Part shown: positions 32,001 through 42,900 of the stretch, piece by piece
How positions within the stretch are numbered: position 1 is the first letter of the stretch
How the letters are laid out: each line of letters begins with the position of its first letter
Assembly: GCA_902788975.1 (NCBI GenBank)
Contig: CADAMI010000001.1
Location: 1-61,914, forward strand
From: an uncultured Erysipelotrichaceae bacterium
GTDB lineage: Bacteria > Bacillota_I > Bacilli_A > RF39 > UBA660
DNA length: 61,914 bases
Direction of reading: 5' to 3'
Program-made: the position numbers and the translations under genes
Notes under the pieces: model-generated
What the model was told of the DNA's origin: nothing
The model's input: the letters and a program-made list of their open reading frames with translations, nothing else
Database searches by the model: none

Positions 32001-35000
32001 CCATTTAGCAGTATCGACATCTTGTTGCATAAGCCACCAATTAAAAGTAGCTTTTCCAACACCACCAGTAGGAGTATAAGTTAAAGTTTTACATTTAGCA
32101 TAATAAGTATTAGTACCCCTATGTAAAATTGTAACATAATAAGTATGATTAGGTTCGCAAGAAGCAGCAAAGAAAATACCTTCATTAGATAAACGATTAT
32201 TATTTTCATCAGTAACTATAACATCAAATTCACCTTCAGTAACACCCCGTACAAGGTCATTAGTAACACCATTTTGAATTACATTAATATTACTACTAGT
32301 AGCAACAAAATCAGTATCATATTTATTAGGAATGTTTTCAAAATTAACAACATCACTATTAAATCCAATATCATATTTATTACTACCTTCATAATATGAT
32401 TCAATAATTACATTTTCATTATGTGTTATATAAGGAAATACTATAGTACCAAAATTATTAGTATACATTATAGTATCAACATATTTATTACTTTTACTAC
32501 TATCCCATACTTTAATGTTTACTGGTTCATTAATAATATAATTATCTTCTTCATCAGTTAATGTTATTTCATAAAAATCTTGTTCATCATTAATTAATTT
32601 ATTTTCATTTAATAATAAATTTTTACTAGTAATATTAACATCGTGTTTAACAAAATTTTCTATAATAATATTTTTAGTAACAATATTAGGTTTATAAATA
32701 CTATCCCCTTTAAAATGTATATCCACAAACCAATTACCTACACCTAAATATATAGGTATATTTGCTACACCAAAATTATTAGTAGTAATATTAAACACAT
32801 AGTTTTCTTTATCATTATAAAATGCTATAGTAACATCTTTATTTATTAAAACATTATTATTTGAATCTTTTAATATAATATTATATATCTTATTATTATC
32901 ACCGTGAGTTAATTTAACATCATCAGCTTCAATAATTGTATCTTCCCCTTCAATATTAATATTTATTAAATCTTCAAAATAACAAGAAGGATAAACAACA
33001 CCATTATCAATAAAACCTTTAAATGAAACCTTTAAATATTTACTACCATTTGTAAAATTAATAGGTATATTAGCTTCACCCCTACTATTAGTCAAAGTTT
33101 TACCTTCATATGAATAATTAGTATCATCTAATCCTTTAAAACTATAATATATTATAACACCATTAACAGCATTATCATTACTATCTAATAATTTTATTGG
33201 ATAATTAATATTTTTTGTATTTACTATAAAATCATTACTAGGATATTCAAAATGGTATTCTTCTGTTTCATAATTAATTAATATACTTACAGTATATTCG
33301 CAACCTTTATATGTTTCATTTTCATTAAATACAAATTTAATATTATATCTACCATTATTTAAATTTAAAGGGAATTCTACTTTACCATTAATATCTGATA
33401 ATATTCTAAAATCATCATAATATCCTTCATTATTAGTTAATATAACTTTAACATCACCATTAATTATAGGATTATCATCTTTATCATATAAAAATGTTTC
33501 AACAATATTATTTTCAACATCATAAGTATCTCTTTCTATTTTATTAAAATAACAACCCTTCTTATTTAATTCAGTTAAAGAAGCTAAACCACCATAAGTT
33601 AAACTTAATTTATCATAATTTATTATTTCATAATTATCTCCATTAAGAACTCTACTTGTAACATCACATTCATTTAAAACAATACCATTATTAAAATCGT
33701 AATGTTTAAAATTATCATATAAATGTTCAAATAATGGTTTTTTATCTAATTTATTTAATATTCTTATAGCCATACTCCAATTACCATCATAATCTTCACT
33801 CATTAATGCTGGTAATATATTACGGAATTTTAAATCATAATTGCCACGATTACTTAACTTATTTAAGCTATTGAATTTTAAATTAGTATCAGATTCAATA
33901 TTATATTCACCAATATAATCACCATTTTCATCTTCAACATTATTAAAGAATTGATTATAACTAACATTAAAGAAATCTTTTATATTATCTCCGAAATCGT
34001 GAGTTAAACCTAAAAAGTATTCAATAGAATTACTTGCTATTTTAGCACCTTCATCAATACCAAATCTAGTAACTAAATCGTGAGTTAAATAAGTAACTTC
34101 TGGCTTACATTCATAAAGAAATGAATTAATTTTTTTAATACCACTAACACCGTGTAATTCAGCCCAACCCCTATGATTAAGTGGGTCGCCATCTGGAATA
34201 TGTGGAACAGTATCAATAGGAATAGGTTTATCTAATTCACATAAACCTTCTAAAGTAGCAACATCAGATGGGTGCAATCTTAAAGTCATACCAATATCTT
34301 CGCTAAAATCACCTTTTTTACCATAATAAGCCCTATTATTATGCCTATTTTCAATTAAAGTATTCTTTACACTAGCTTCATCACCAACTTGATGTCCTCT
34401 AGTTAAAGGAATACAACCAATATAAGCATTAAATTTTTCAATATTAATAGCCAATAATTCTTTTTTAATATCAAAGAAATTTCTTTTACTAGATTTTGCT
34501 CTAATAGTCCACATACCAGCACTACCAATATTAACACTATTTTGAACATATTTTTTATCCCTACTAATAGTAGGAACAAAATCAAAAATACTTTTTTTAA
34601 CTGGATTAATAAATAAAGTATCTTCATATTTATTATTAATTTTAATTAAAGCATCATCATCATTAGTACAATAAATAGGAAACCTTAAATTAACAACAAA
34701 ATCTTCATCATCATTATCAAGATTAAGACAAACAGTATCATCATCAACTTGAACACTTATTCCGTGTTTTTCAAAACTTTCATCTCTAATTATAGAATCA
34801 ATATTAATATTTTCATCTAACAATTCAGTAGACAATCTAATAGGTTCATCTAATACAACATTATTAGGAACTTGTAAAGTGAAACAAGCTAAACCATAAG
34901 GGTGATTTTCTTTAAAACCTTGAATATTTACATCAAAATATGAAGGTTCTTTAGCAAAACTTGTATAAAAATTATAAGTTATAATATCGTCTCTTTGTTT

Positions 35001-35900
35001 AGGAGTATCATCAATAACGATTTCTGGAACTATTTGTCTTTTTACTACACTAACTTGTTGAATAGTATTTAAATTAGATACATATAAACCATTATTCTCA
35101 GTTTTAATATATTGCATACCAACATTACTAAATTTTAATTTAAAAGTATGAGTAATGCTTTTACCTTTATCTAAAGTATAAGATAAAGTTTTATTACTAT
35201 TATTCCAAGTACCACCACCAGTATGTGAAACTATACTACAACCTTTAGGGAATTTAATTGTAGTAGACCCAGTACCTTTATATTGTGAGTTTTTAGTTGT
35301 AAGTTTATAAGTTAATATTTCATCATTATAAAGATAATTTTTATCAATACTATCATAAGTACTAAATTTAGGTGTTTTTAAATCATAATTAATAACTAAT
35401 CTAGCTCTATTTACACTAATAGTAGAAGAACTATTAATTTTTGTTTTATTCCAATCTACTTCAATAATAATATCTTCTAAATCATTAACACTAATACCAG
35501 TTAAATCATATTCTAAAGTATGACTATCAAAACTAAAATAATTATTTAATTGTTTATATGATTTAATTATTTTAATAGGTGATTTTTTATAAGGTGCATT
35601 ATTATCTCCACTAAAGATTTTTACTGTAGGTAAATCATTACTTTTAGTGTTAAATTTACCAATTACTAATACAAATTTAACACTATTAAGTTTATATTTA
35701 TTCCCATCAATTTTTTTCTGATAATGATAAAATAAACTTTTAGGTCTATAAGCATTACTACTTTTTTTACCTTGTGGATAAACATAACTAGCGTGGTCAT
35801 CACCAGTATTACCCCAAGCAAGATTTTGCCATTTAGCACCTACATAATCTTGCCAAAGCCATTGAGCTTTTTTCAATGTAATTTGTGTCATATATATCAC
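29001..35900 (-). CDS. Giant (2299 aa) adhesin-like tail fibre/baseplate protein with Ig-like repeats and a lectin-like domain
   Basis: At least 4 repeats of ~95 aa (…NGKVEFPLNLNNGRYNIKFVF; RGEANIPINFTNGSKYLKVSFKG; FGVANIPIYLGVGNWFVDIHFKG; FGTIVFPYITHNENVIIESYYEG), about 32380-33520. Confidence 0.6.
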   Translation of the reverse strand: MIYMTQITLKKAQWLWQDYVGAKWQNLAWGNTGDDHASYVYPQGKKSSNAYRPKSLFYHYQKKIDGNKYKLNSVKFVLVIGKFNTKSNDLPTVKIFSGDNNAPYKKSPIKIIKSYKQLNNYFSFDSHTLEYDLTGISVNDLEDIIIEVDWNKTKINSSSTISVNRARLVINYDLKTPKFSTYDSIDKNYLYNDEILTYKLTTKNSQYKGTGSTTIKFPKGCSIVSHTGGGTWNNSNKTLSYTLDKGKSITHTFKLKFSNVGMQYIKTENNGLYVSNLNTIQQVSVVKRQIVPEIVIDDTPKQRDDIITYNFYTSFAKEPSYFDVNIQGFKENHPYGLACFTLQVPNNVVLDEPIRLSTELLDENINIDSIIRDESFEKHGISVQVDDDTVCLNLDNDDEDFVVNLRFPIYCTNDDDALIKINNKYEDTLFINPVKKSIFDFVPTISRDKKYVQNSVNIGSAGMWTIRAKSSKRNFFDIKKELLAINIEKFNAYIGCIPLTRGHQVGDEASVKNTLIENRHNNRAYYGKKGDFSEDIGMTLRLHPSDVATLEGLCELDKPIPIDTVPHIPDGDPLNHRGWAELHGVSGIKKINSFLYECKPEVTYLTHDLVTRFGIDEGAKIASNSIEYFLGLTHDFGDNIKDFFNVSYNQFFNNVEDENGDYIGEYNIESDTNLKFNSLNKLSNRGNYDLKFRNILPALMSEDYDGNWSMAIRILNKLDKKPLFEHLYDNFKHYDFNNGIVLNECDVTSRVLNGDNYEIINYDKLSLTYGGLASLTELNKKGCYFNKIERDTYDVENNIVETFLYDKDDNPIINGDVKVILTNNEGYYDDFRILSDINGKVEFPLNLNNGRYNIKFVFNENETYKGCEYTVSILINYETEEYHFEYPSNDFIVNTKNINYPIKLLDSNDNAVNGVIIYYSFKGLDDTNYSYEGKTLTNSRGEANIPINFTNGSKYLKVSFKGFIDNGVVYPSCYFEDLININIEGEDTIIEADDVKLTHGDNNKIYNIILKDSNNNVLINKDVTIAFYNDKENYVFNITTNNFGVANIPIYLGVGNWFVDIHFKGDSIYKPNIVTKNIIIENFVKHDVNITSKNLLLNENKLINDEQDFYEITLTDEEDNYIINEPVNIKVWDSSKSNKYVDTIMYTNNFGTIVFPYITHNENVIIESYYEGSNKYDIGFNSDVVNFENIPNKYDTDFVATSSNINVIQNGVTNDLVRGVTEGEFDVIVTDENNNRLSNEGIFFAASCEPNHTYYVTILHRGTNTYYAKCKTLTYTPTGGVGKATFNWWLMQQDVDTAKWDLVSEGSTTKGEMFKFRFNCNFTHGYTPIYLGVGCDLHGNTNLEELTNNSIYVLKSKPIKYIDNDEYVEYIEFTGVIPNDSSITSSDAKFFLYCPENLHHYGYGQHLYDVDDLHINDTTKTKNSVIEQEGFGLHNETRQNIYVTSSSNETTDLTKNTNDYYIMKLFNNHTYEELFFYSYLDDIVTSQNIKFVLSMDNWDLTLMGSGNDTYNGDYYMLNNVTINVESDPEEPSIIDGIHNTIEVDNDLFFNEYNYTINIGDSINIDTTNKSVNVPNNTQAYINNNILPDYDYSLKFKFEDSSNLGNFVFDYDGVSNVISGTTVENGITTVWTNQSIGRMLLYRKNGQMLKSYRIGNVNNFYVEFKIHNNLCDVYINDELAFSDCEISYNNICFANDCYISEIKLSEYNKIINSFTENVDEYEGKTFGSDVYFEMKNNKMNFVDYGMLPEGDNGTGKIILNDINLLDTDYELEIEIKYDNKSFQRLYDLNGYLKFRSYEDVSLSNNLKYSNILCSPTPVNNSITRFTRHTDEGTMYFVETPLVDNKKVRPTYLCNPYIQYKGGTELNSVNGISLFNLDNGFSPVTLDNGLVKCEFHRRSGYIVLYRYDDVSDIWYKCNTLKLADNPQLKLYKYTDDMCEIHFGETIWKMWRGRPFIQVKHSNDDFRILNLVDRVYCETIENENDMGFVEEHNTYMSTFNPKTSIQLFKEEWNIGQNIRLDNFKTFSLTKSGDYYYVNDTLDNMELIDDNSVKAIKINKSTTAPMALNFPASPTYVKKPNSTFTLLLNDLKTYNIDTVIVKCRGFDEKGCIHSVDNIDYGIWEQSKTVNIESCLGVLNGSLSNDDSSTCEDYLMKDGSKTEEYSDEIRVIFTDCPDEVKYIDFLIIFPNYTDNIIVKNIMLYEGDVDNTISYREDNSKANASKIEVKFNETYYANLYDDDAPCGLCIVRPYKESFTLRNLSKAKETVLIPYMKKCSEWDKPENVFIEYFNTNEQIINIDWEN

Positions 35901-35906
35901 CTATAA

Positions 35907-36449
35907 TTATTTAATACTACAATAACCTACACCAGCTAATAAACCATCAAAAGGAACATTAATAAAATTTCTAATGTTTATAGGTTCACTAATAGTAGCA
36001 TAAGCCATAACAAAATTTTCATTACCTTCTTTAGTTTCTCTTTTAACTAAAAACATACCTTGTAAAAAAATATCTTGAGCATCACCAATTTGTATTTGTA
36101 TAGAAGTACTACCACTATCAAGAGTAAGAGTAAAACCACCATTACCTTCATCAATAAAATCACTACGTAATTTAAAATAAGGCATTTCTACACCATCTAA
36201 ATTAGAATAAACATCTTGAAGGTCTAATAAAACTAGACCATCAGCATCTTCATCTAAACAACCAGTATTTTCATCAATACAATCATATATATCATTAGGA
36301 ACTTGCTCAGCTAATAATATAGTATAATCACCTTCATTAGCACGTTCTAAAAAAATATCATTAATATTACTCAAATCAAATGCTTTATTAAGGAATTTCC
36401 AAAAATATTTAGTATTTTTAAAAACAAATGTAGCTTCATTATCAGCCAT
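35907..36449 (-). CDS. Post-tape-measure protein, paralogue B (distal-tail candidate)
   Basis: EATFVFKNTKYFWKFLNKA aligns with ETTFVFSRTKYFWTMLNRQ of the neighbouring gene. Confidence 0.45.
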   Translation of the reverse strand: MADNEATFVFKNTKYFWKFLNKAFDLSNINDIFLERANEGDYTILLAEQVPNDIYDCIDENTGCLDEDADGLVLLDLQDVYSNLDGVEMPYFKLRSDFIDEGNGGFTLTLDSGSTSIQIQIGDAQDIFLQGMFLVKRETKEGNENFVMAYATISEPINIRNFINVPFDGLLAGVGYCSIK

Positions 36450-36452
36450 AAA

Positions 36453-36962
36453 TTACACCTCATTACAAACTTCGTGTCCTACAAATTCAGAACCATCAGC
36501 AATAGTTATACTTTCTTTACACATAGCTGGAGTATTTAATCTACAAAAAGCCACTACATAATCACCACTAGTTTCAGCTCCAGTAGTAACTAAAGCAACA
36601 CCTTTAGCATAAAAACCATCATCAGTATTTATACCAATTTCAATATCTTCCCCATCATTATCTAAAAATAATATAAAACCATTAGAACCATCACCAATAG
36701 GTTTAACATCTAATTCAAATGTTACACTTTCATATAATGATTGACTAATTTTAGTCATACCAGTAGCACTACCTTTTAAATTACCTTTATCATTAACGCA
36801 AGTATTAAAATCATCTGGTAATGCACTAAATAATATAAGTTTAAATCCACCAGTACCATTTAAAGATTCTTTATCTTCTATAATCATTTGTCTATTAAGC
36901 ATAGTCCAAAAATATTTAGTACGGCTAAATACAAATGTAGTTTCATAATCATATTCGCTCAT
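36453..36962 (-). CDS. Post-tape-measure protein, paralogue A (distal-tail candidate)
   Basis: Start moved to ATG 36962 behind AGGAGTGAT (MSEYDYETTFVF...). Confidence 0.45.
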   Translation of the reverse strand: MSEYDYETTFVFSRTKYFWTMLNRQMIIEDKESLNGTGGFKLILFSALPDDFNTCVNDKGNLKGSATGMTKISQSLYESVTFELDVKPIGDGSNGFILFLDNDGEDIEIGINTDDGFYAKGVALVTTGAETSGDYVVAFCRLNTPAMCKESITIADGSEFVGHEVCNEV

Positions 36963-36978
36963 ATAAATCACTCCTAAA

Positions 36979-39900
36979 TTAATAACCAACAGCACTATCT
37001 AAACTGTTCATTTCATAAAATACTTCTTCAGCAGCATTTTTTGAAATTTGTTTAATTTTATTTTTATAATCGTTTTCACTAATAAATGTATTACCAGTTA
37101 CGGTAATGTTAATTGAACGTTTATTATTAGTAGTGTTATTACCAGTACCATAAGATTTTCTAACACTACCCCATCTAATAGGTTTACCTTTATTTGGCTT
37201 ACCAGCACCTAATAAAGCTGGATTACCATTATAAGAACCACCCCAACTAACACTAGGGTGTCCTCTAAAAATACCCCTATGTTGGAATTGAGTCATATCA
37301 TAAACTTTACCACCAACTTTAGCACCAACGTGTCCTAAAGCACCCCAATGTCCGTGAATAGTAGTAGCATTATTCAATCCCATATCTTTAGCGATTTCAA
37401 CAATAAGTTCAGCACCATCACAACAATTACAACTAACACTATCCCATACTTGTTGATTACTTTTCATACTATTCCAATAGAAATCATAAGAACTAGGATT
37501 TCTAAAACCACGTGCAGTTAAAAGCATAGTAAGATAATGCTCAAAATTACTATAAGTAAATGGTGAAGTTTTACCATCTCTAAAATCACCAACAGTCATA
37601 TCATTCATACCAAGACTAATACCATACATACTAGGACTTTTCATTCTCCAATCATAAGCATAACCTAATTGTTTATTAACGTGAGCATTAGTATCAATAC
37701 CACCAAAATAATATCCATCACGATTAAAGTAATCTTTTTTATATAAAGCTTCAATATCACTACGTTTAGCTCTACCATTTAAAACATTTTTCATAATTTT
37801 TAAATAATCTTCATCATCAGCTAAACTAGCAGTACCAAACCTTTTCATATTACTACTAAATCCTTTAAAACCACTACCACCATTAGAAGTAATAGGAGTA
37901 TGTCTAACACTTCTATTGCTACTTATAGGAGAACCAGCAGCTAAAGACCCAAAACTAAAACTAGCATTTTGGATTTGTCTATAAAATGATGATATACTTT
38001 TATGTAAACTATTAAATTTACTATATGATTCATTTCTAATATCACTAGCACTTTTAACAATACTATTTTTCATACTACCCCACGCTCTAGTCATACTATT
38101 AGTAGCAACTAAAGTAGTGTTTTGCATACCTTTTAATTTAGTATTCATAGTAGTATGTGCATTATTCATACCAGTATTAGTATCATTTTTAATTTTAGCC
38201 ATTTGAACATTATTCATTTGAGCTATACTTAATAAACTAGTTTTAGCAGTATTAGACATATCAGTAAATGAACTATCTACAGTTTGTTGGATTTGACCAT
38301 ATTCATTTTTAGTATTAGAACCCATTTGAGAATTACTACTCATAATAGCATTATTGTTAGTGGTAACTTGAGATTTAAGTGTTTCGGTAGCAAATTGTGT
38401 ATCAGCAATATATTTAGCTTGTTCTAATAATGCAGACATATCCATATTAGTGTTTAAACTACTTACATCACTCATTCCAGTAACAATTGATTGACCTATA
38501 CTTCTAGCTGATTCTTCAATAATAGGTTTTTGTTCTTCCATAAAGGCAGCTGTGTACTCCATTTCCCTTAAAACGACTTTAGAAGCGTCACCAGGTGAAT
38601 GCTGGTTCAATCCACTCTTTATACCACTAATAATAGCACTAGCTACTCCAGAAGCAGTTTTAAAGAATGAACCACCTATACCACCATAACCATTCATAAT
38701 ACTATTAATATAATCCATTTCATCTCTTACTGGACTACTAGCACCTCTAGACCCAGTTTTAATACCAGATTTAACATTACCACCAGCAGTATTAGCTTTA
38801 GAACCAAAAATACCACCAAATTTACTAATAATACCAGATATAGGGTCTAAATTATTAGAAACAGCAGCAGAAGAACCATTAGAACCTTGTTTAAGACCAG
38901 ATTTTAATTCACCACCAGCTTCACTACCACCAATATGTAAATCAATACCTAATAAAGCCAATTTACTATCTAAAGGGTCAGCAACAGTAGTATTCCACCA
39001 ATTATTAATAGCATTACCACCTTCAATAACCCAATTAGCTGGATTTAACCAATATGTAATAGTATCTACAAGACTTTTAACTTCTTCTTCAATAGCACTA
39101 ACAGTTTCATCATCTAAACCAATAGCTTTAGCGATAACACCTACCTTATCTCCAGCAATAGTACCCCAATTAGCTGGGTCTAAATGCCACATAATTGAAC
39201 TTATAAGCCAATCCATAAAACCATTTACAGATTCGGTAACATAATCTTTAGCACTATTTAAACCATTTTCTATATATCCACCAATACAACTTGCAATATA
39301 ATTAGTCAATTCTCCTTGAATGGTTGCCATATATAAAAACAATTCAACGAAAAATTTTAATGAATTATAAGCCATATTAGCAATAGCTTCTCTATTATTT
39401 ATTAAATATTCTATACCATTTTGAATAGTTTTACCAAGACCATCACCTATACTCTTAGAAGCAGTACCATCATCATTAGCCATAGCTTCTTCTAACCATT
39501 TAGACATACCACCAAAGAGATTATTCCAACCAGAAATAAACCAATCAGCCATACCAGCCCAATCAATTCTACTAAACCAACCACCAATAATATTAGGTAA
39601 ATCATTAAACCAAGAACCAATATCAGCCCAAGCTTCAATCCAACCCATTTTCATTCTAGCCCAAAAGTTATCCCAATAACCACCAATTCTAGTCATAAAG
39701 TCATCAGATTTCATTTTTTCTAAAGACTCTACAACATCAATCTGAGCAGAACGATAATCTTCCATAAATCTAGTTTGCTCTTCGGCATCTTTACCAGAAT
39801 TTTGCATTGATTTACGTAAAGCTTCATCTCTCTTTACAGTATTCATAGCAAAATCAGTTTCAACTTTATTTAATTTTTCAATCTCATTTCTTGCTATGGC

Positions 39901-42900
39901 TATTTGACTATAATCATAATTAGCACCATTAACAGATTTAATTTTATTTAAAGTTTTATCAGCATAAGTATCAATATAACTTAAACTAGTATCGTGAGCA
40001 TAATTAGATTCTTTATTGATTTCTTGAGTTTCTTTATATTTTTTATTTAATTTATCAATTCTATCAGTTAAAGCAGAAACATCTTTACCTTCAGCTTGAA
40101 GGTCAGCTTTTTCTTTTTCTAACCTTTCTATTTCTTCTTTACCTTCAGTTAAAATTTTATTATATTCACCTAAAGCACTATTTAATTGTAATTGATGGTC
40201 TACTAAATCTTTTAAAGCAGCAGTAACAGCTACAACAGCAATAACAATAGCACCAGTTAATAAAGGGTGAGCAGCAGCAAAATTAGCAATTTCAGCAGCA
40301 GTATTTGCTATAAATGCTTTAGTGTTTTGTATAAGTGCTTTAGTACTTTGTTTTACTCTACCAAAGAAACCTTTTCTACTTAAATTATTTATTTCTTGAG
40401 ACCTAGTATTACTATCAACAGCAACTTTTTCGGCTTTATCTAATAAAATATTTTCTTCTAATTCAGCATTTTCTGCAACAATTGTAGTAGCTAAAGCATC
40501 TCTAGCTAAAGTTTCAGCTTTTTTACCTTTAGCTATACCTTGAGTTTCTAATTTATTAGCTAAAGTTTTAACAGTATTTTCATCTAATTTAGTATTTTCT
40601 AATTCTTCTACTGTACATAAACCTAATATAGCCCTACTAACATCTTCATTACTTTTTCTTCTTAACTTATTTAAAGTTAAAGTTTTATTAGTTTTAATAT
40701 TACTATTAGCAGTTTTAATAGTGTTTTTATCTATTTTACCAGATAAAAGGTCATAAGATTCACCATTACTTTTAAGAATATTATTTAAATTAATCCTACC
40801 ATCAGCATCTCTAACTAAAAGGTCAGTATTTAAAGCTAAATATCTCATTTCTTCATCAGTAGCACCTATTAATTGTTGAAGATTTTTTATTCTATACTTA
40901 TCAGTAACATTTAAATCCTTCATTTTCATATCATAATTAACAGCATTATTTAATGCTACTTGTTCAGCTCTAATACGTTCTTTTAAAATTTCTTTTTGTT
41001 TTATTTGGTTTTCAGCAAATATTCTATCCGAACCACTTAAATTATCTAATGCTTCTCTTTCAGCTTCAATTTCATTTGCTAAATTACTTATTTCATTACC
41101 CATTTCAACAGTACCACGTGTAAACCCATAAGTTTGGTAATGGTAATTAGCTAAAGCAGTACTGGCTTCTTCAATATTAATAGTACCTTCTTTTAATGCT
41201 ACTTTTACTCCACCAACACTTTTAGTAATGTTAATCATATCATCATCAAGACCAGTTAATCTAGCCATAAATTCAGAACCTACAATTCTAGCTTTTAACA
41301 TTTCTATTTTCATTTTAGCAAAAGCAGCACCAAGTACACCTATTCCAGCTACTGGTATTTGTAATACTGTAGGTAAATTAGTAATAGTGGTCATTAAACT
41401 AGCAAAAGTTTGAATAACTTGAACAATATAAGGTGTTAATGTAGTAAATGCTGGAGTTAAAACGTCATCTATTGTATTACCTAAAACAGCATAAGCATCA
41501 TCTAGAGTGGTAATATCAGCAGTTAAATCGTGCCAACCTTTAGTTTCACTAATCTTTTGTAAAGCGTTAAGTAATGAATTAACATCGCCTTCTTTATAAC
41601 CTAATTCTTCTAATTGGTCTTTACCCCTAACACCAATTTCTTGCAATCTTCTAAATTGACCATCAAGAGCGTCATTTACAGCTAAAATAGCATCTTCTTG
41701 AGACCTACCATTAATAACCATCATATTAGTCATATCAGCAATAACTGGTATAGCTTTAGTGGCTTGTGCTTCGGTAAGATTATTTAATTTTGCTACTTGT
41801 GCTACAGTATATTTTAAACCAGCAGTATTAAGTTTACGATTTTTAGCAGTATAATCACTAACAGCTTTATCTAATCTTTTAATTTCTACAGTAGTTAATT
41901 TGGTAGTTTTAAGCATTTGTTGAGCTTGTTGTTCAAATTTAATAGATTCCATACGAGCATTAGCAAAACCGAATAATAATTGTTGTGCCATTACTCCACC
42001 TAAAAAACCAACAGCAGTACTAAGAGCATTATATCTCATAGCAGAAACTTGCATAGCATAATTTTGCATACGTTGAGAACGTGTAATTTGAGTTAAAACT
42101 TTATTAAAATTACCACTACGATTCATTAAATTATTTAAGTTACCACCAGTACTTATTAAAGCTCTATTCCAACCGTCCATAGCTTTAATAAAACTATTAG
42201 CTTCAGCAGTTCCTATTTTATTGTTATTAGCTAAATCTCTTACAGCTTTTTTTAATTGTGGATATGTATTACTATTACCAGTAACTGATGATTTAGTTTC
42301 TTTAAGTATTTTATTCCATTGTGTTTCACCAAAAATAGCTTTACCTAATTCTTGTCTATAATTATATAAATTAGTTTGCATAGCTTTAGTGAAATTACCA
42401 CCAGTACTCATAACATCTTTAGTTTGATTTAATGCTTTAGTATAATCTCTTAATGCTTTAGTAGTATTTTTATATGATGAACTTGTTTTATCTATTTTTT
42501 CACCAAATTCATATACCCCATCTCCAGCATAACGAACTTTTACACCAAATTCATTTTGTATAGAATTAGCTAAAGTTCTAACACTTTTATCAAAACCAGT
42601 AGTATCAGTTACACCTTTTCTTAAAGAAGTTTGTAACTCATCAAATTTAGTCTTAAATTTAGCTTGAGCATTAGTAACATTAGAAGTAGTATTACCTAAT
42701 GTTTTCATTTCTAAATCCATATCTCTTATAGAACCTACTAACCTACCATTTCTAAATGCTAAACCATTTTCATCAGCAAATCTTTTCCATACTTTATTAG
42801 CTTTATCTACAGTAGCATTACTATCAAGCAAACTTTTATGGGTTTCTTTAATACCTTTCATTAATTTATCATTTGCTTTATGGTTTTCATTTAAATTAGA

